In this document: positions 39,807-50,101 of the stretch, in pieces
How the letters are laid out: the number at the start of each line of letters is the position of its first letter
How positions within the stretch are numbered: the stretch's first letter is position 1
DNA from: Acidobacteriota bacterium
GTDB taxonomy: Bacteria; Acidobacteriota; UBA6911; RPQK01; JAJDTT01
Assembly: GCA_965263035.1 (NCBI GenBank)
Contig: OZ253580.1
Location: 4,320,001 to 4,384,000, forward strand
Direction: 5' to 3'
Length of the DNA stretch: 64,000 nucleotides
Translations under genes and position numbers: made by a program
Notes under the pieces: generated by a model
The model's database searches: none
What the model saw: the letters and a program-made list of their open reading frames with translations, nothing else
Told to the model about the DNA's origin: nothing

Positions 39807-40820
39807 ATGGTGAAGATCCCCAAAGTCGGGTGGGGCATCATAGGCGCCGGAGATATCGCGCACCGGGTGATGGCGCCGGCCATGCGGGAGTGTCCTCACA
39901 GCGAACTGGTGGCGGTGACCCGGACGACCCTTCAGGGAGCCGAAGAATTCGCCCGCTTGCACGGCGCCAAACGCGGCTACGACAACCTGGAGGATCTGCT
40001 GGCCGATTCCGAAGTCCAAGCCGTCTACGTGGCGACTCCCGTGGCCCGCCATCTGCCGGATACGCTGGCCGCCGCTGCCGCGGGACGGCATGTCCTGTGC
40101 GAGAAGCCGCTGGCATTGAACGTTGCGGAAGGCGAGGAAATGGAGGCAGCCTGCCGCCGGGCCGGGATCACCTTCATGACCTGCTACTACCAGCGCTTCA
40201 ACGCCCGGCATCGCAAGCTGAAGGAGTTGCTGGACGCGGGCGCCATCGGGCAGGTCACCTCGGCGCGGGTCAACTTCTCGGGCCGGAGCCTGATCGACCG
40301 GGAAGCGTGGCGCCAGGACCCGGTATTGGGTGGGGGCGGACCCTACATGGATATGGGGACCCATGCCGTCGACCTGCTGCGCTTCTTCCTGGGCGACGTG
40401 GCCGCGGTCGCCGCCTTCACCGATGTCCTGGCCGGCGACTATGCCGTGGAAGATACGGCCAGCTCGTTACTGCGCATGAGCAACGGCGCCCAGGCGGTCG
40501 TCACCTCTCACTGGAGCAGCGGGGACCCGGACGAGGACCGCACGTCCATGATCGAGATCCTGGGAACGGAAGGAATCCTTCAGTCCTCGCCCCTGCATGA
40601 GAAGTTTTCCCGGGGACGATTGTTGTTGGCCACCCGCCAGGGTGAAGAGAGGTTCGAGTTCGAGGAGAGTACTCACGTCCAGGTTCTCAGCGAGTTCGCG
40701 GCGGCTCTGGCCGAGGGCCGCGACCCGGCCATCACCATCCAGGACGGACTGGCCGCTCAGAGGGTCGTGGAATCGGTCTATGCCTCGTCCCGGAGTGGCC
40801 GGGCGATCCAGCTGAATTAG
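39807..40820 (+). CDS. Gfo/Idh/MocA family oxidoreductase
   Basis: GIIGAG, VYVATP, HVLCEKP, GGG...DMGTH. Confidence 0.9.
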   Translation: MVKIPKVGWGIIGAGDIAHRVMAPAMRECPHSELVAVTRTTLQGAEEFARLHGAKRGYDNLEDLLADSEVQAVYVATPVARHLPDTLAAAAAGRHVLCEKPLALNVAEGEEMEAACRRAGITFMTCYYQRFNARHRKLKELLDAGAIGQVTSARVNFSGRSLIDREAWRQDPVLGGGGPYMDMGTHAVDLLRFFLGDVAAVAAFTDVLAGDYAVEDTASSLLRMSNGAQAVVTSHWSSGDPDEDRTSMIEILGTEGILQSSPLHEKFSRGRLLLATRQGEERFEFEESTHVQVLSEFAAALAEGRDPAITIQDGLAAQRVVESVYASSRSGRAIQLN

Positions 40821-40844
40821 AGGACACTCAGAGGAGATATCGTC

Positions 40845-41891
40845 ATGTCCGAAGACATCCGCGTCGGCATCATCACCAAGCACCGGGGACCCCACCTGAG
40901 CTACTACATGAGGTCGTTCGCCACTTGCCAGGGAGTAAAGCAGGTAGCCATCGCCGACTCCACCGGGCGTCACTTCGAAGCCGCCGGGGAGATCCTCAAG
41001 GGGCGCTATCCCGACCTCAAGACCTACCGGAACTACCGGAGAATGCTGGCGGCCGAGAAGCCGCAGCTGGTGCTGGTGACCATGGAGGCGCACATGGCGC
41101 CCAAGCGAATCCAGGCCGCTCTGGAGTCGGGCGCCCACGTCGTGTGCGAGAAACCGTCCTGTGTCCGGGTCGAGGATTTCCAGAAGCTGGCCGATCTGGC
41201 GACGTCCCGGAACCTGTGTCTGATGCTGGCCATGGCCAATCGGTTCTCTCCCCCGGTCCAGAAGGCCAAGGAACTGGTTCAGGCCGGCAGGCTGGGCAAG
41301 CTCTACAGTACCGACGTCTACATGGTGGCGGACCAAACCCGATTGACCCGCCCCAGTACCCAGAATTCCTGGGTCTCCAAGAAGGCCCTTTCCGGCGGCG
41401 GTCACTTGATCTGGCTGGGAATCCACTGGCTCGACCTGGTGCAATACATCACCGGGGATCGGGTGCACAAGGTGGGCGGCTTCATCAGCAACGTGGGGGG
41501 ACAGCCGGTGGACATCGAAGATGCCGCAGTGCTCAGCCTCCTCTACAAGAGCGGCATGGTGGGCACCATGCACTCGGGCTACTATCTGGACCGCGGATAC
41601 CACAGCCACGTGGCCATTTGGGGCGAGAAGGGCTGGCTTCGATTCGACCTGACCGCTCAACAGCCGCTGGAATGGCACTCGACCCTCGAGGGAATGCCTC
41701 AGGGGATCCAGACTTTCTCGTACAGCCGGGGGACGAACTTCTATCTGGGGATCATCCAGGCTGCGGTAGATTGTGCCCGGGGTCCGGGGGATTCCGGAAA
41801 GAGCGCCGAAGAGAGCCTGGGCGTTCTCAAGACCATCTTCGGCCTCTACCGGGCGGCGAAGACGGGTCGGACCCAGACTTTGGGCTCATAG
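40845..41891 (+). CDS. Gfo/Idh/MocA family oxidoreductase (paralog of 38614-39774)
   Basis: HVVCEKP; VADQTRLTRPS; GGGHLIWLGIHWLD. Confidence 0.88.
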   Translation: MSEDIRVGIITKHRGPHLSYYMRSFATCQGVKQVAIADSTGRHFEAAGEILKGRYPDLKTYRNYRRMLAAEKPQLVLVTMEAHMAPKRIQAALESGAHVVCEKPSCVRVEDFQKLADLATSRNLCLMLAMANRFSPPVQKAKELVQAGRLGKLYSTDVYMVADQTRLTRPSTQNSWVSKKALSGGGHLIWLGIHWLDLVQYITGDRVHKVGGFISNVGGQPVDIEDAAVLSLLYKSGMVGTMHSGYYLDRGYHSHVAIWGEKGWLRFDLTAQQPLEWHSTLEGMPQGIQTFSYSRGTNFYLGIIQAAVDCARGPGDSGKSAEESLGVLKTIFGLYRAAKTGRTQTLGS

Positions 41892-41980
41892 CCGGCACGA
41901 TTCCCGCGTCGGGCGTCCCCGCGGCCGCCGACTCATGATCCCGGAGACTCCGTTCGGTTCATTTTGACGGAGAACGCACC

Positions 41981-42518
41981 ATGAGTGAAATGATTCGACC
42001 GGCGGCCAAGGGTGCTCTGGCGGGTGGACTCGTCCTGTTCGTCTGGGGGATCGTCTACTGGATGGCACTTCCCTGGCACGAAGGGGTCTTCGGACAATTC
42101 CAGGACGAGGACGCCGTCGCTTCGGTCCTGACGCAGAATGCTCCCCAGCCGGGCATCTATGTTTATCCAGGCGGTCAGGACGAGGAAGCCATGGAGAAGA
42201 GGGCGCGGGGTCCCTTCGCCTTCGTCGTATTTCGTCCTGCGGGAATGGCGTCGATGGTCCGGCCCCTGTTGACTCAACTGGGCATCCAGGTCCTGGCAGC
42301 ATTCCTCATTTCCCTGCTTCTGGCCAGGAGTCGGAGATACCAGCTACTGGGGACGGGTCGGTTTCGTGGTCCTCCTGCTCTTGACGGCGGGCGTTCTGTG
42401 CCATCTCCCCAATTGGAACTGGTGGCATTTCTCCACGGGATACATCCTCACGGCATTCGTCGACTTGCTCGCCGGTGGATTTCTGGCGGCTCTGGTTCTG
42501 GCCCGAGTTATCAGATAG
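41981..42518 (+). pseudogene. Membrane protein with an apparent frameshift near 42330
   Basis: Hydrophobic ORF continues in another frame as GDTSYWGRVGFVVLLLLTAGVLCHLPNWNWWHFS...VLARVIR* ending 42518. Confidence 0.65.
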
Positions 42519-42525
42519 GGCTCCC

Positions 42526-43900
42526 ATGGCGGTAGCAGCCTGCGCCGCAGAAATTGATCTACTGCGAAAGCGGTAGAATCGGCCCATATTTCCCCGATTT
42601 CTCGGCGAATGCAACAACTATGCACCTCCAAATCGAGAAAATCCGGCCTCGATTCTCCACTTTCTCGCTACGATCATTTCTACCGCGCAGACTCCTGGCA
42701 GCCCGTGGCAAAAGTCGTCACGGCATTCGACCGTCCCTGCATCCCGGCGGACTGCGTTGCGACTCGGCCACGTACTCCCGGTATGCTCCCTCACCGCGCC
42801 TTGTCCGGCGGGCGCAGGACCGGTCTCGGTGCTCGTGGGACTTTCACCACGGACTGCTGGCCCTCGCCTTGCTGGTTCTCTCAGGTCTGGTTCCCTCTAC
42901 TTTGCAGGCTGCATCCCCGAAGACACCTCGCAAGGGGCCTTACGAGCTCCGGGGCCGAATCGTGCTGCCGGACGGAGGATCCTTTCGTGGAAATTCCCCA
43001 TTGGTGATCCTGGAGGCGGTGCAGTTCCCCTTGCGGCGAACGGTTCAGGCCGGATGGGATGGAAGATTCCGGATCAAGAAGTTGCCTCAGTCCGCCTACA
43101 AGATGGCGATCCTGGTCCCGGGTAGGGGCGAGATGAAGCGTACCGTGGACATCGGCCCCACCTTCGCCGACAAAAAGGGCCGCATCGAGGCCACTTTCGT
43201 GTTCGAACCCACCCTGTTGGCCGAACCCATGGCCACGGTCACGGCGACGCGGCTGTCGGTGGACTCCAAGGCCGTGAAGGCATACCGAAAGGCATTGAAA
43301 AAACTGGAGAAAGGAGAGTCGGCCGAGGCGATCAAGGAGTTGGAGAAGGCGGTCGAGATCGATTCCAGATATGCGGAGGCCTGGAATCGCCTGGGGACCA
43401 TCGCCTACGTCTCCCGGGATTTCCCTCGAGCGGAATATTGTTTCGGCCAAGCCCTCAAGCACGCTCCGGAATCCTATCCCCCGGTGGTCAATCTGGGCGC
43501 GGCGCTGCTGGAGCTGAACCAGACGAAGAAGGCGCTGGCCATGAACCTTCGGGCCGTTCGGATGAGGGAGAAGGATCCTCTGGCTCATGCCCAGTTGGGG
43601 AGTTCCTATTATCGACTGGGGCGTCATGGCAAGGCGATCAAACATCTCAAGCTGGCGAAACAACTGGCCCCCCGGCACCATTCCGGCCCCCAGTTGATCC
43701 TGGCGGATATCTACTGGTACCGGAAGGAGTATGCGGCGACCGCTCGAGAGCTGGCCGAGTTCCTCCACTATCATCCGGATTGGCCGGATTCGGACCGATT
43801 GAACGCCATCTTGCGGCGGGCACGGGCTCTCGCCGCCAAGCCGGTCAAGTCCAACGGCGACGGGAGGCAGGACGCCGAAGCAGGAGGGCCGACGCCATGA
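42526..43900 (+). CDS. Secreted TPR protein with carboxypeptidase-regulatory-like N-terminal domain; 5' end interrupted by MITEs
   Basis: TPR motifs ([20 protein letters not shown]); original ATG at 42526 is separated from its signal peptide by two MITEs. Confidence 0.75.
42536..42694 (+). mobile_element. MITE family A copy 3 (159 bp)
   Basis: Homologous to the other copies; begins CAGCCTG; directly abuts MITE B. Confidence 0.85.
42699..42856 (+). mobile_element. MITE family B copy 1 (158 bp)
   Basis: TIR CAGCCCGTGGCAAAAGTC / GACTTTCACCACGGACTG; CTGG 4-bp direct repeat on both sides; inverted homolog at 54003-54162. Confidence 0.8.
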
Positions 43901-45090
43901 CGGGCATCACGATGCTGGGGACCGGTCTCATTGGCGGGTTCTATACGCAGGCACTGCAGCGAAGAGGCCGGGAACAGGTCCTGGCCGTCTATTCCCGAAC
44001 TCTGCAGCGGGCGCGGGACTTTGCGCGCCGGTGGGACATTCCCCGCTGGACCGCAGACCTGGAGGAAGCCGTCGGCGATTCCCAGACCCAGGTGGTGGTG
44101 GTCGGGCTTCCCAATGACCTGCACCGGAAAGCGGTGGAACTGGCCGCCCGTGCGGGCAAAGCGGTTCTGTGCACCAAGCCCCTGGCCCGGACCGGCGCCG
44201 AATCCCGGCGCATGCTGGAGACGGTGGAACAGGCGGGCGTCTTTGCCGGATATCTGGAAGATCTGGTCTACACCCCCAAGACGTTGAAGGCACTGGAAAC
44301 GGTGAGGTCCGGTGCCCTGGGCCGGATTCTCTGGGTCCGTTCCCGAGAGGCTCATTCGGGTCCGCACAGCGCCTGGTTCTGGGACCGTGCCCAAGCCGGC
44401 GGTGGCGCCATCGTCGATCTGGGCTGCCACTGCATCGAGATCATCCGCAGTTTCGTGGGCAAGGAGGTCTACCCCAGGGAGGTCCTGTGTTGGGCCGACA
44501 CCCTGGTACATCCGGTGGAGAGCGAGGACAACTCGGTGACGCTCATCCGGTTCGACGGCGGAGCGCTGGGACAGTTCGAGGTGAGCTGGACCTTTCGGGG
44601 GGGAATGGACCTGAGAGACGAAGTCTCGGGAACCGAGGGGACGATCTGGCTCAACCACTTCCTGAGAACCGGATTCGAGATCTACTCCTCGAAGAGTGGA
44701 TCCGGCTACGTGGCGGAAAAGGCAGAGGCCGAGGCGGGGTGGACCTTTCCGGTGGGCGACGAGGTGGAGGAGTTGGGATACGGCCGGATGTTCGACGACA
44801 TGTTCCGGTCCATGGAGGCCGGGAAATCCCCGCGGGAGACCTTTTATGACGGCTACGTGGTCAACGCGATCATCGACGCCTGCTACCGCTCCGCTGAGTC
44901 CAGACGGTGGGAGCCCGTCGATCTGGATCCCTGGCGTGGAAGCCTTGAGGCCCCGTCGACCGGCGCGGGGGCCGAGACGTTCGGAGGGAGTCTCGTTGTC
45001 AAGCGGGAGCGAATGCCCGACGGTCGCCTGAAGCTCATCCTGAAGGATCCTGAATCGGGCCGGATCACGGAACGCTGGGAAGAGAATTGA
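43897..45090 (+). CDS. Gfo/Idh/MocA family oxidoreductase
   Basis: [23 protein letters not shown]; ATGA overlap with upstream gene. Confidence 0.9.
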   Translation: MTGITMLGTGLIGGFYTQALQRRGREQVLAVYSRTLQRARDFARRWDIPRWTADLEEAVGDSQTQVVVVGLPNDLHRKAVELAARAGKAVLCTKPLARTGAESRRMLETVEQAGVFAGYLEDLVYTPKTLKALETVRSGALGRILWVRSREAHSGPHSAWFWDRAQAGGGAIVDLGCHCIEIIRSFVGKEVYPREVLCWADTLVHPVESEDNSVTLIRFDGGALGQFEVSWTFRGGMDLRDEVSGTEGTIWLNHFLRTGFEIYSSKSGSGYVAEKAEAEAGWTFPVGDEVEELGYGRMFDDMFRSMEAGKSPRETFYDGYVVNAIIDACYRSAESRRWEPVDLDPWRGSLEAPSTGAGAETFGGSLVVKRERMPDGRLKLILKDPESGRITERWEEN

Positions 45091-45192
45091 TTCAGCCTCT
45101 CCCTCAGGTCAGATAATCCGATCCGTGCAGTTTGACAACCTCGGCAGCAATCCATTTCTCTTTTCTATTTACTCTTTTCTCTTTCCTGGCCT

Positions 45193-46005
45193 TCAGTGCT
45201 CCATGACCATCCCGCCGTCGATGTTGATGGACTGGCCATGGATCCAGGAAGCCGCCTCGGTGCACAGGTAGGCGATGAACGCTCCCACTTCCTCTCGCGT
45301 CCCGGTGCGTCCGATGGGGTGCGACTCTCCCATCTTTTTCCACTGTTCTCCCCGGCCGAACCGGTCCATGCGTGACGTGTCCACGGCGGCGGGGCAGATG
45401 CAGTTGACGTTGACTCGGTGCGGACCCAGTTCCTGTGCCAGCGACTGGGTCATGCCGACCTGGGCAAAATTGGCGGCGCAGTAGGCCAGGGCTTCGGCGG
45501 CTCCCCGCTTTCCGGCCGAAGAAGCCACGTTCACGATCTTCCCCCCGTCTCCCTGCCGGATCAACGACGGGATCACCGCCCGGGCGCAGAGGTAGTTGCC
45601 CCGGACCTTGACGTCCAGCACCCTCTGAAAGACATCCGGGTCCAGCTCGGCGGTGGCGACGCGGTCGCGGCCGATGGGCATGGCCGCGTTGTTGATCAGG
45701 ATGTCGACCCGGCCGAATTCCTCCAGGGTGCGGGTGACCATCCTGTCCACCTGCTCCACCCGGGTCACGTCCACCACCAGAGGGAGGGCCTTTCTGCCCA
45801 GCTCGCGCACCCGCTCCGCGGTGCTCCCCACGTCCCGCCATCCCAGTTTCCGCTCATCGGGTGGAAAGGTTTCCGGGTCTCGACCGGTGCCGGTGACCAC
45901 GATGTCGGCCCCCAAACGGGCCAGGGCCATGGCGGTTTCGAATCCGATGCTCCGGAGGCGGCCCGCTCCGGTGATGATGGCCACCTTGCCGTTCAACTCG
46001 CCCAT
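45193..46005 (-). CDS. SDR family oxidoreductase
   Basis: TGAG..SIG, INNAA, YCAAN, IHGQSINIDGG. Confidence 0.88.
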   Translation of the reverse strand: MGELNGKVAIITGAGRLRSIGFETAMALARLGADIVVTGTGRDPETFPPDERKLGWRDVGSTAERVRELGRKALPLVVDVTRVEQVDRMVTRTLEEFGRVDILINNAAMPIGRDRVATAELDPDVFQRVLDVKVRGNYLCARAVIPSLIRQGDGGKIVNVASSAGKRGAAEALAYCAANFAQVGMTQSLAQELGPHRVNVNCICPAAVDTSRMDRFGRGEQWKKMGESHPIGRTGTREEVGAFIAYLCTEAASWIHGQSINIDGGMVMEH

Positions 46006-46153
46006 CCCCTGCCTCCCTTCGGCACTGCTTCGATACCAGCCGCTCAGTCTACTACGACGCCTGGAACCCTTCCCATCCAGCTTGCCGCTATCCGGGAAAG
46101 GACGTACTATCTCCCTGGTCTGGTTCGAAATCAATCTACAAAGGAGGGACGCC

Positions 46154-46651
46154 GTGAAGATTCGGTACTCACTGGCAATCGCATTGTTTCTGGGGGCGTC
46201 GGCGGCGCTGCTGTCCCACCCCCACCTCAACAAGATGGTGAAGGCCACGCTTCCCAGCAAGGTCGAGGCCAGCATCACGTACTACACCGTGCCGGCCAAC
46301 ATGGAGCACGTGAAGAAGGTCCAGGTCGGTAACTTCATACCCAGCCGGGCCGTCCTCTCCCTGTCAGGCGGCACCGCTTCCGGGTCGACCATGATTCAGG
46401 CCGGAGACTACACCATCGGCGCCGTCAGGAACGCCGCCGATTGGACCCTGGCGCTCTATCCGGGCAAGCCGGCCCGCGGAATGGTGCCGGACAAATCCAA
46501 AGTGATCTCCCTCGATTCCAGCTTCTCCGACTCGGAGGGCACTGCCCACCACGTCTCCTTCGACCTGGCGCCGGGCCATGGCAAGCTGGAGGGCAAGACG
46601 ACTTTGATCTGGCACTTTGGCAACCTTTACCTTGCCGGAGCTTTGCAATAG
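46154..46651 (+). CDS. DUF2911-like exported protein
   Basis: GTG start after GGAGG; signal peptide; SITY, I.AGDYT, WTL motifs. Confidence 0.6.
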   Translation: MKIRYSLAIALFLGASAALLSHPHLNKMVKATLPSKVEASITYYTVPANMEHVKKVQVGNFIPSRAVLSLSGGTASGSTMIQAGDYTIGAVRNAADWTLALYPGKPARGMVPDKSKVISLDSSFSDSEGTAHHVSFDLAPGHGKLEGKTTLIWHFGNLYLAGALQ

Positions 46652-46734
46652 CCCGTCTTGGTGACCATCCCGCGTGACGGCGAGAGCGAGGCGCGGGCCG
46701 GATCGACGTGGGAAGGGCCGCGGGTTCTCCGGGC

Positions 46735-47586
46735 ATGATTCCCGGCATCGTGAGCAACTGCTGGCAGCGGCAGTTGGGACAGGGAGTTGCGCTGGAGGAC
46801 CTGCTGAGCCAGGCGTTGGACCGAGGTTACCGCGCCATAGAATTGAGGCAGACCTGTCTGGGTTCATTCGAGGAGCGGGAGGGCTTTGTGCCCAAGGTGG
46901 CGGCCCTGGGACGCTTGGCGGACCGCTTCCAGGAGATCCGGTTCGATCTGGCTCTCGCTTTTCCGTTCCTGGGTCCCGGCGGAGTCGTTGAAGACCCGCT
47001 GTTCCAAAGCGGAGTGGACGCCGCACGGGCGCTGTCGGGCCGCTTTCATCCCCATCTGCGGCTGGTCGACTTGGCGACCACCGGCGAAATGCTGAAGGGA
47101 AGGGAGCCACAGGTCGCCCATCAGGTGGCGCGGCTCGCCGAACCGCTGGCGGACGCCGGAGGTTGGCTTTCTCTGGAGCATTCCAAACAACCTTGGACCC
47201 GTTTCACCCGAGTGATGGGCGAGGCCCATCACCTCCTGGGAAGCCGTTCGGACCATCTCCGCCTCTGTTACGATCCCGTCAATCTGCTGTTCGCTCCCGA
47301 CCGGCCCGATCCGTCTCAGGTGGTCCGGAGCCTGGATGGTTCCAATTTGTCGATGGTCCACTTGAAACAGTTCCAGGCCGGGGAGCTCCAGACCTCGATC
47401 GAGGACGGAGAGATCGACTGGGAAGCCCAGATCACCGGTCTGGCACGGCACGGATACGACGGACCCGCCCTTTTCGAGGTCCGGTCGGACGAAACGATCT
47501 GGAGGAATCTCGATCGGAGCCGGGCCTATTTGGAGTCATTCGGCGGGCGTTTCAGGGACACCCAGTCTGGAGGAGGAGTGGAATGA
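46735..47586 (+). CDS. Sugar-phosphate isomerase/epimerase-like TIM-barrel protein
   Basis: GYRAIEL, LSLEH, LCYDPVN, VHLKQ, GEIDW, YDGPALFE. Confidence 0.75.
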   Translation: MIPGIVSNCWQRQLGQGVALEDLLSQALDRGYRAIELRQTCLGSFEEREGFVPKVAALGRLADRFQEIRFDLALAFPFLGPGGVVEDPLFQSGVDAARALSGRFHPHLRLVDLATTGEMLKGREPQVAHQVARLAEPLADAGGWLSLEHSKQPWTRFTRVMGEAHHLLGSRSDHLRLCYDPVNLLFAPDRPDPSQVVRSLDGSNLSMVHLKQFQAGELQTSIEDGEIDWEAQITGLARHGYDGPALFEVRSDETIWRNLDRSRAYLESFGGRFRDTQSGGGVE

Positions 47587-48581
47587 GAAAAACAACGATT
47601 GCGAACTCAGGGGTCCTTCTGGTGGGCCTTGGTCTGCTTGCCGTCGGAGTGCACCTGGCCTGCCAGGGCGAGCAGGCGGCTGACCGATATCGACTGACGG
47701 CCGCGGACATCGAGCGCTGGATGACGGAGCTGTCGAGTTGGGGCCGGTGGGGCGAGGAGGACGAGCTGGGGGCGGTGAACCTGATCACACCCGCCAAGCG
47801 GCGGGAAGCGGCCCGGTTGGTCCGCGAAGGAGTCTCCGTGTCCCTGGCCCGGAACGCGGAGATGACCGAGGCCGTCGACAATCCCTATCCCTTCGCGCAA
47901 GAGATGAAGATGACGCCTCCCTTTGCCAGCGACGTCTTCTCGGTCCGCTATCACGGATACGCACACACCCACATCGATTCCCTCTGCCACCTGATGCATG
48001 GGGGAAAGCTCTACAACGGCTTTCCGGAGACGGAAGTGACCGAGGCGGGGGCCAACAAGCTTTCCGTCCTGGAAATGAAAAACGGCATCTTCACCCGTGG
48101 AATTCTCATGGACATTCCGAGGCTCAAGAAGGTGCCTTATCTGGACCCGGAGACGGCCATCTATCCTGACGATCTGGAGGCCTGGGAGAAGCAGGCCGGG
48201 GTTCAAGTGGCCAGCGGTGATGCGGTCTTCGTCCGGACGGGCCGTTGGGCCCGCCGCGACGAAAAGGGCCCCTGGGATGTGGGCAAGAGCTCGGCAGGGC
48301 TTCACGCCTCCTGCGTGAAGTGGTTGAGGCAGCGGGACGTGGCCCTGGTGGGCAGCGATGCCGCGTCCGACGTCCTCCCGTCCCAGATCGAGGGCGCCGG
48401 TCAGCCGGTCCATCAGTTGCTGCTCGTGGCCATGGGAGTCCCCATCTTCGACAATTGCGATCTGGAGGCGCTGGGGAAGGAGGCCGAGAAACAGGGCCGC
48501 TGGGAATTTCTCCTCACCGCGGCCCCGCTTGCGGTTCCGGGAGGGACCGGCTCGCCGTTGAATCCCATCGCCACTTTCTAG
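47583..48581 (+). CDS. Cyclase family (kynurenine-formamidase-like) metallohydrolase, exported
   Basis: WGRWGEEDELGAVN, HTHIDSLCH, RTG, GGTGSPLNP. Confidence 0.9.
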   Translation: MRKTTIANSGVLLVGLGLLAVGVHLACQGEQAADRYRLTAADIERWMTELSSWGRWGEEDELGAVNLITPAKRREAARLVREGVSVSLARNAEMTEAVDNPYPFAQEMKMTPPFASDVFSVRYHGYAHTHIDSLCHLMHGGKLYNGFPETEVTEAGANKLSVLEMKNGIFTRGILMDIPRLKKVPYLDPETAIYPDDLEAWEKQAGVQVASGDAVFVRTGRWARRDEKGPWDVGKSSAGLHASCVKWLRQRDVALVGSDAASDVLPSQIEGAGQPVHQLLLVAMGVPIFDNCDLEALGKEAEKQGRWEFLLTAAPLAVPGGTGSPLNPIATF

Positions 48582-48790
48582 GAAAGAGGAACGAGAAAAG
48601 AGAAAAAAGGAAAGAGAGATGCTCCCCCGCCGGTGGACGTCCAGCAGAGTCCGGGAAGAAACAAGACATCGAGCCAGTGGGGCTCAGGCCTGGTCGACCA
48701 GATCAAATTCCTGCCTGCGCCCTACAACGCGTCAACGACCCTCCTTTCTTCACTCTTTCCTCTTTCCTCTTTGCTCTTTCCTCTGTTTCT
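48581..48790. repeat. Inverted heptamer tandem-repeat cassette
   Basis: About 5 x GGAAAGA-like (48581-48615) and about 6 x TCTTTCC-like (48747-48790) flanking ~130 nt. Confidence 0.7.
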
Positions 48791-48835
48791 CAGAAGAGTG
48801 AAGAGCGCTTTTCCCCAGCGGGTTTGGAGTTTGCC

Positions 48836-49882
48836 ATGCAAAGAGTGAGAGTAGGCTTGATCGGGGCCGGCTGGGTCGCGGTGAATCGCCACCTGCCGGC
48901 CCTTCAGAAGATTCCGGAGGCGGACCTGAACCTGATCTGGTCCCGCAACCGGGACAAGGCCCGGGACGTGGCCGGCCGTTTCGGAGTCCGCGCGACCGTA
49001 TCCCGATGGCAGGACGTGATCCATTCGTCCGAGGTGGACGCGGTCGTCATAGCGACGCCTCCGGTCCTCCACCTGCCGGCAACGGTCGAAGCCCTGGAAG
49101 CGGGGAAGCATGTCCTCTGCCAGGCTCGAATGGCGCGGAACCTGGATGAGGCCCGAAAAATGGCGGCGGCGGCCCAGGCGTCCCGCCTGGTGACGGCCCT
49201 GTATCCGCCCTTGCCCGGTCTCAAGGGCGACCGCGTCATGATCCGGCTTCTGCACGAAGAGGGATTCGTGGGCCAGATTCGTGAGGTCCGGATCACGGGA
49301 ATGAGCGTGGACACCGATCCGGAGAGCTACCGGAGTTACCGTTGGGACCCGCAGGTCTCGGGAATCAACACCATGACTCTGGGAATGTGGAACGAGGTGG
49401 CCAATCGATGGTTGGGGCCCACGGTCCGGGTGGCGGCGCTGGCTCGGTCTCACCGGCACGGCGGCTCCGCGCGCATGGGTGTTCCCGACTCGGTGGCGGT
49501 GGCTGCCCAGTTGGAGTGCGGCGCCACCGCCAGTTACCACTTCTCCAATTGGGCCGCCGGATCTCCCGGGAGCCGAATTGAGGTCTACGGTGACCGGGGC
49601 GCTCTCATCTACCGTCTTTTTGCCGAGGAGATTCAGGGTCTCACGGGAGCGGACGCCGAGTTCAAGCCGATTCCCATCCCCAGTGGGGAGCAGCGGGTGC
49701 AGGACACCGACTCCCAGTTCATTCGCGCCATCTTGCAAGGAACTCCGGTGGATCCGTCCTTCCGGGAAGGACTGCTCTACATGCAGTTCCTGGAAGCCGT
49801 GGCCCTTTCGTTGAAGACGGGCCGGTCGGTCTCACTGCCGACAGAGCCGCGCATGGAGACGTGGGACCGATTTCTGAACTAG
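48836..49882 (+). CDS. Gfo/Idh/MocA family oxidoreductase
   Basis: VGLIGAG, IATPP, GKHVLCQARMA. Confidence 0.88.
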   Translation: MQRVRVGLIGAGWVAVNRHLPALQKIPEADLNLIWSRNRDKARDVAGRFGVRATVSRWQDVIHSSEVDAVVIATPPVLHLPATVEALEAGKHVLCQARMARNLDEARKMAAAAQASRLVTALYPPLPGLKGDRVMIRLLHEEGFVGQIREVRITGMSVDTDPESYRSYRWDPQVSGINTMTLGMWNEVANRWLGPTVRVAALARSHRHGGSARMGVPDSVAVAAQLECGATASYHFSNWAAGSPGSRIEVYGDRGALIYRLFAEEIQGLTGADAEFKPIPIPSGEQRVQDTDSQFIRAILQGTPVDPSFREGLLYMQFLEAVALSLKTGRSVSLPTEPRMETWDRFLN

Positions 49883-50041
49883 GAGCCTGCGCCGCAGAAA
49901 TTGACCTACTGCGAAAGCGGTAGAATCGGTCCATATTTCCCCGATTTCTCGGCGAATAGAACAACTATGCACCTCCAAATCGGGAAAATCTGGCCTCGAT
50001 TCCCCGCTTTCTCGCAACGATCATTTCTAGCGCGCAGACTC
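49883..50041 (+). mobile_element. MITE family A copy 4 (159 bp)
   Basis: Inserted at CTAG that contains the stop codon of the upstream gene. Confidence 0.85.
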
Positions 50042-50101
50042 CAAGGAATCAGCAACCGGGAAATCGTTTGGAATTTGAGATTTGGAGTTTGCGGCACGCT
50101 T

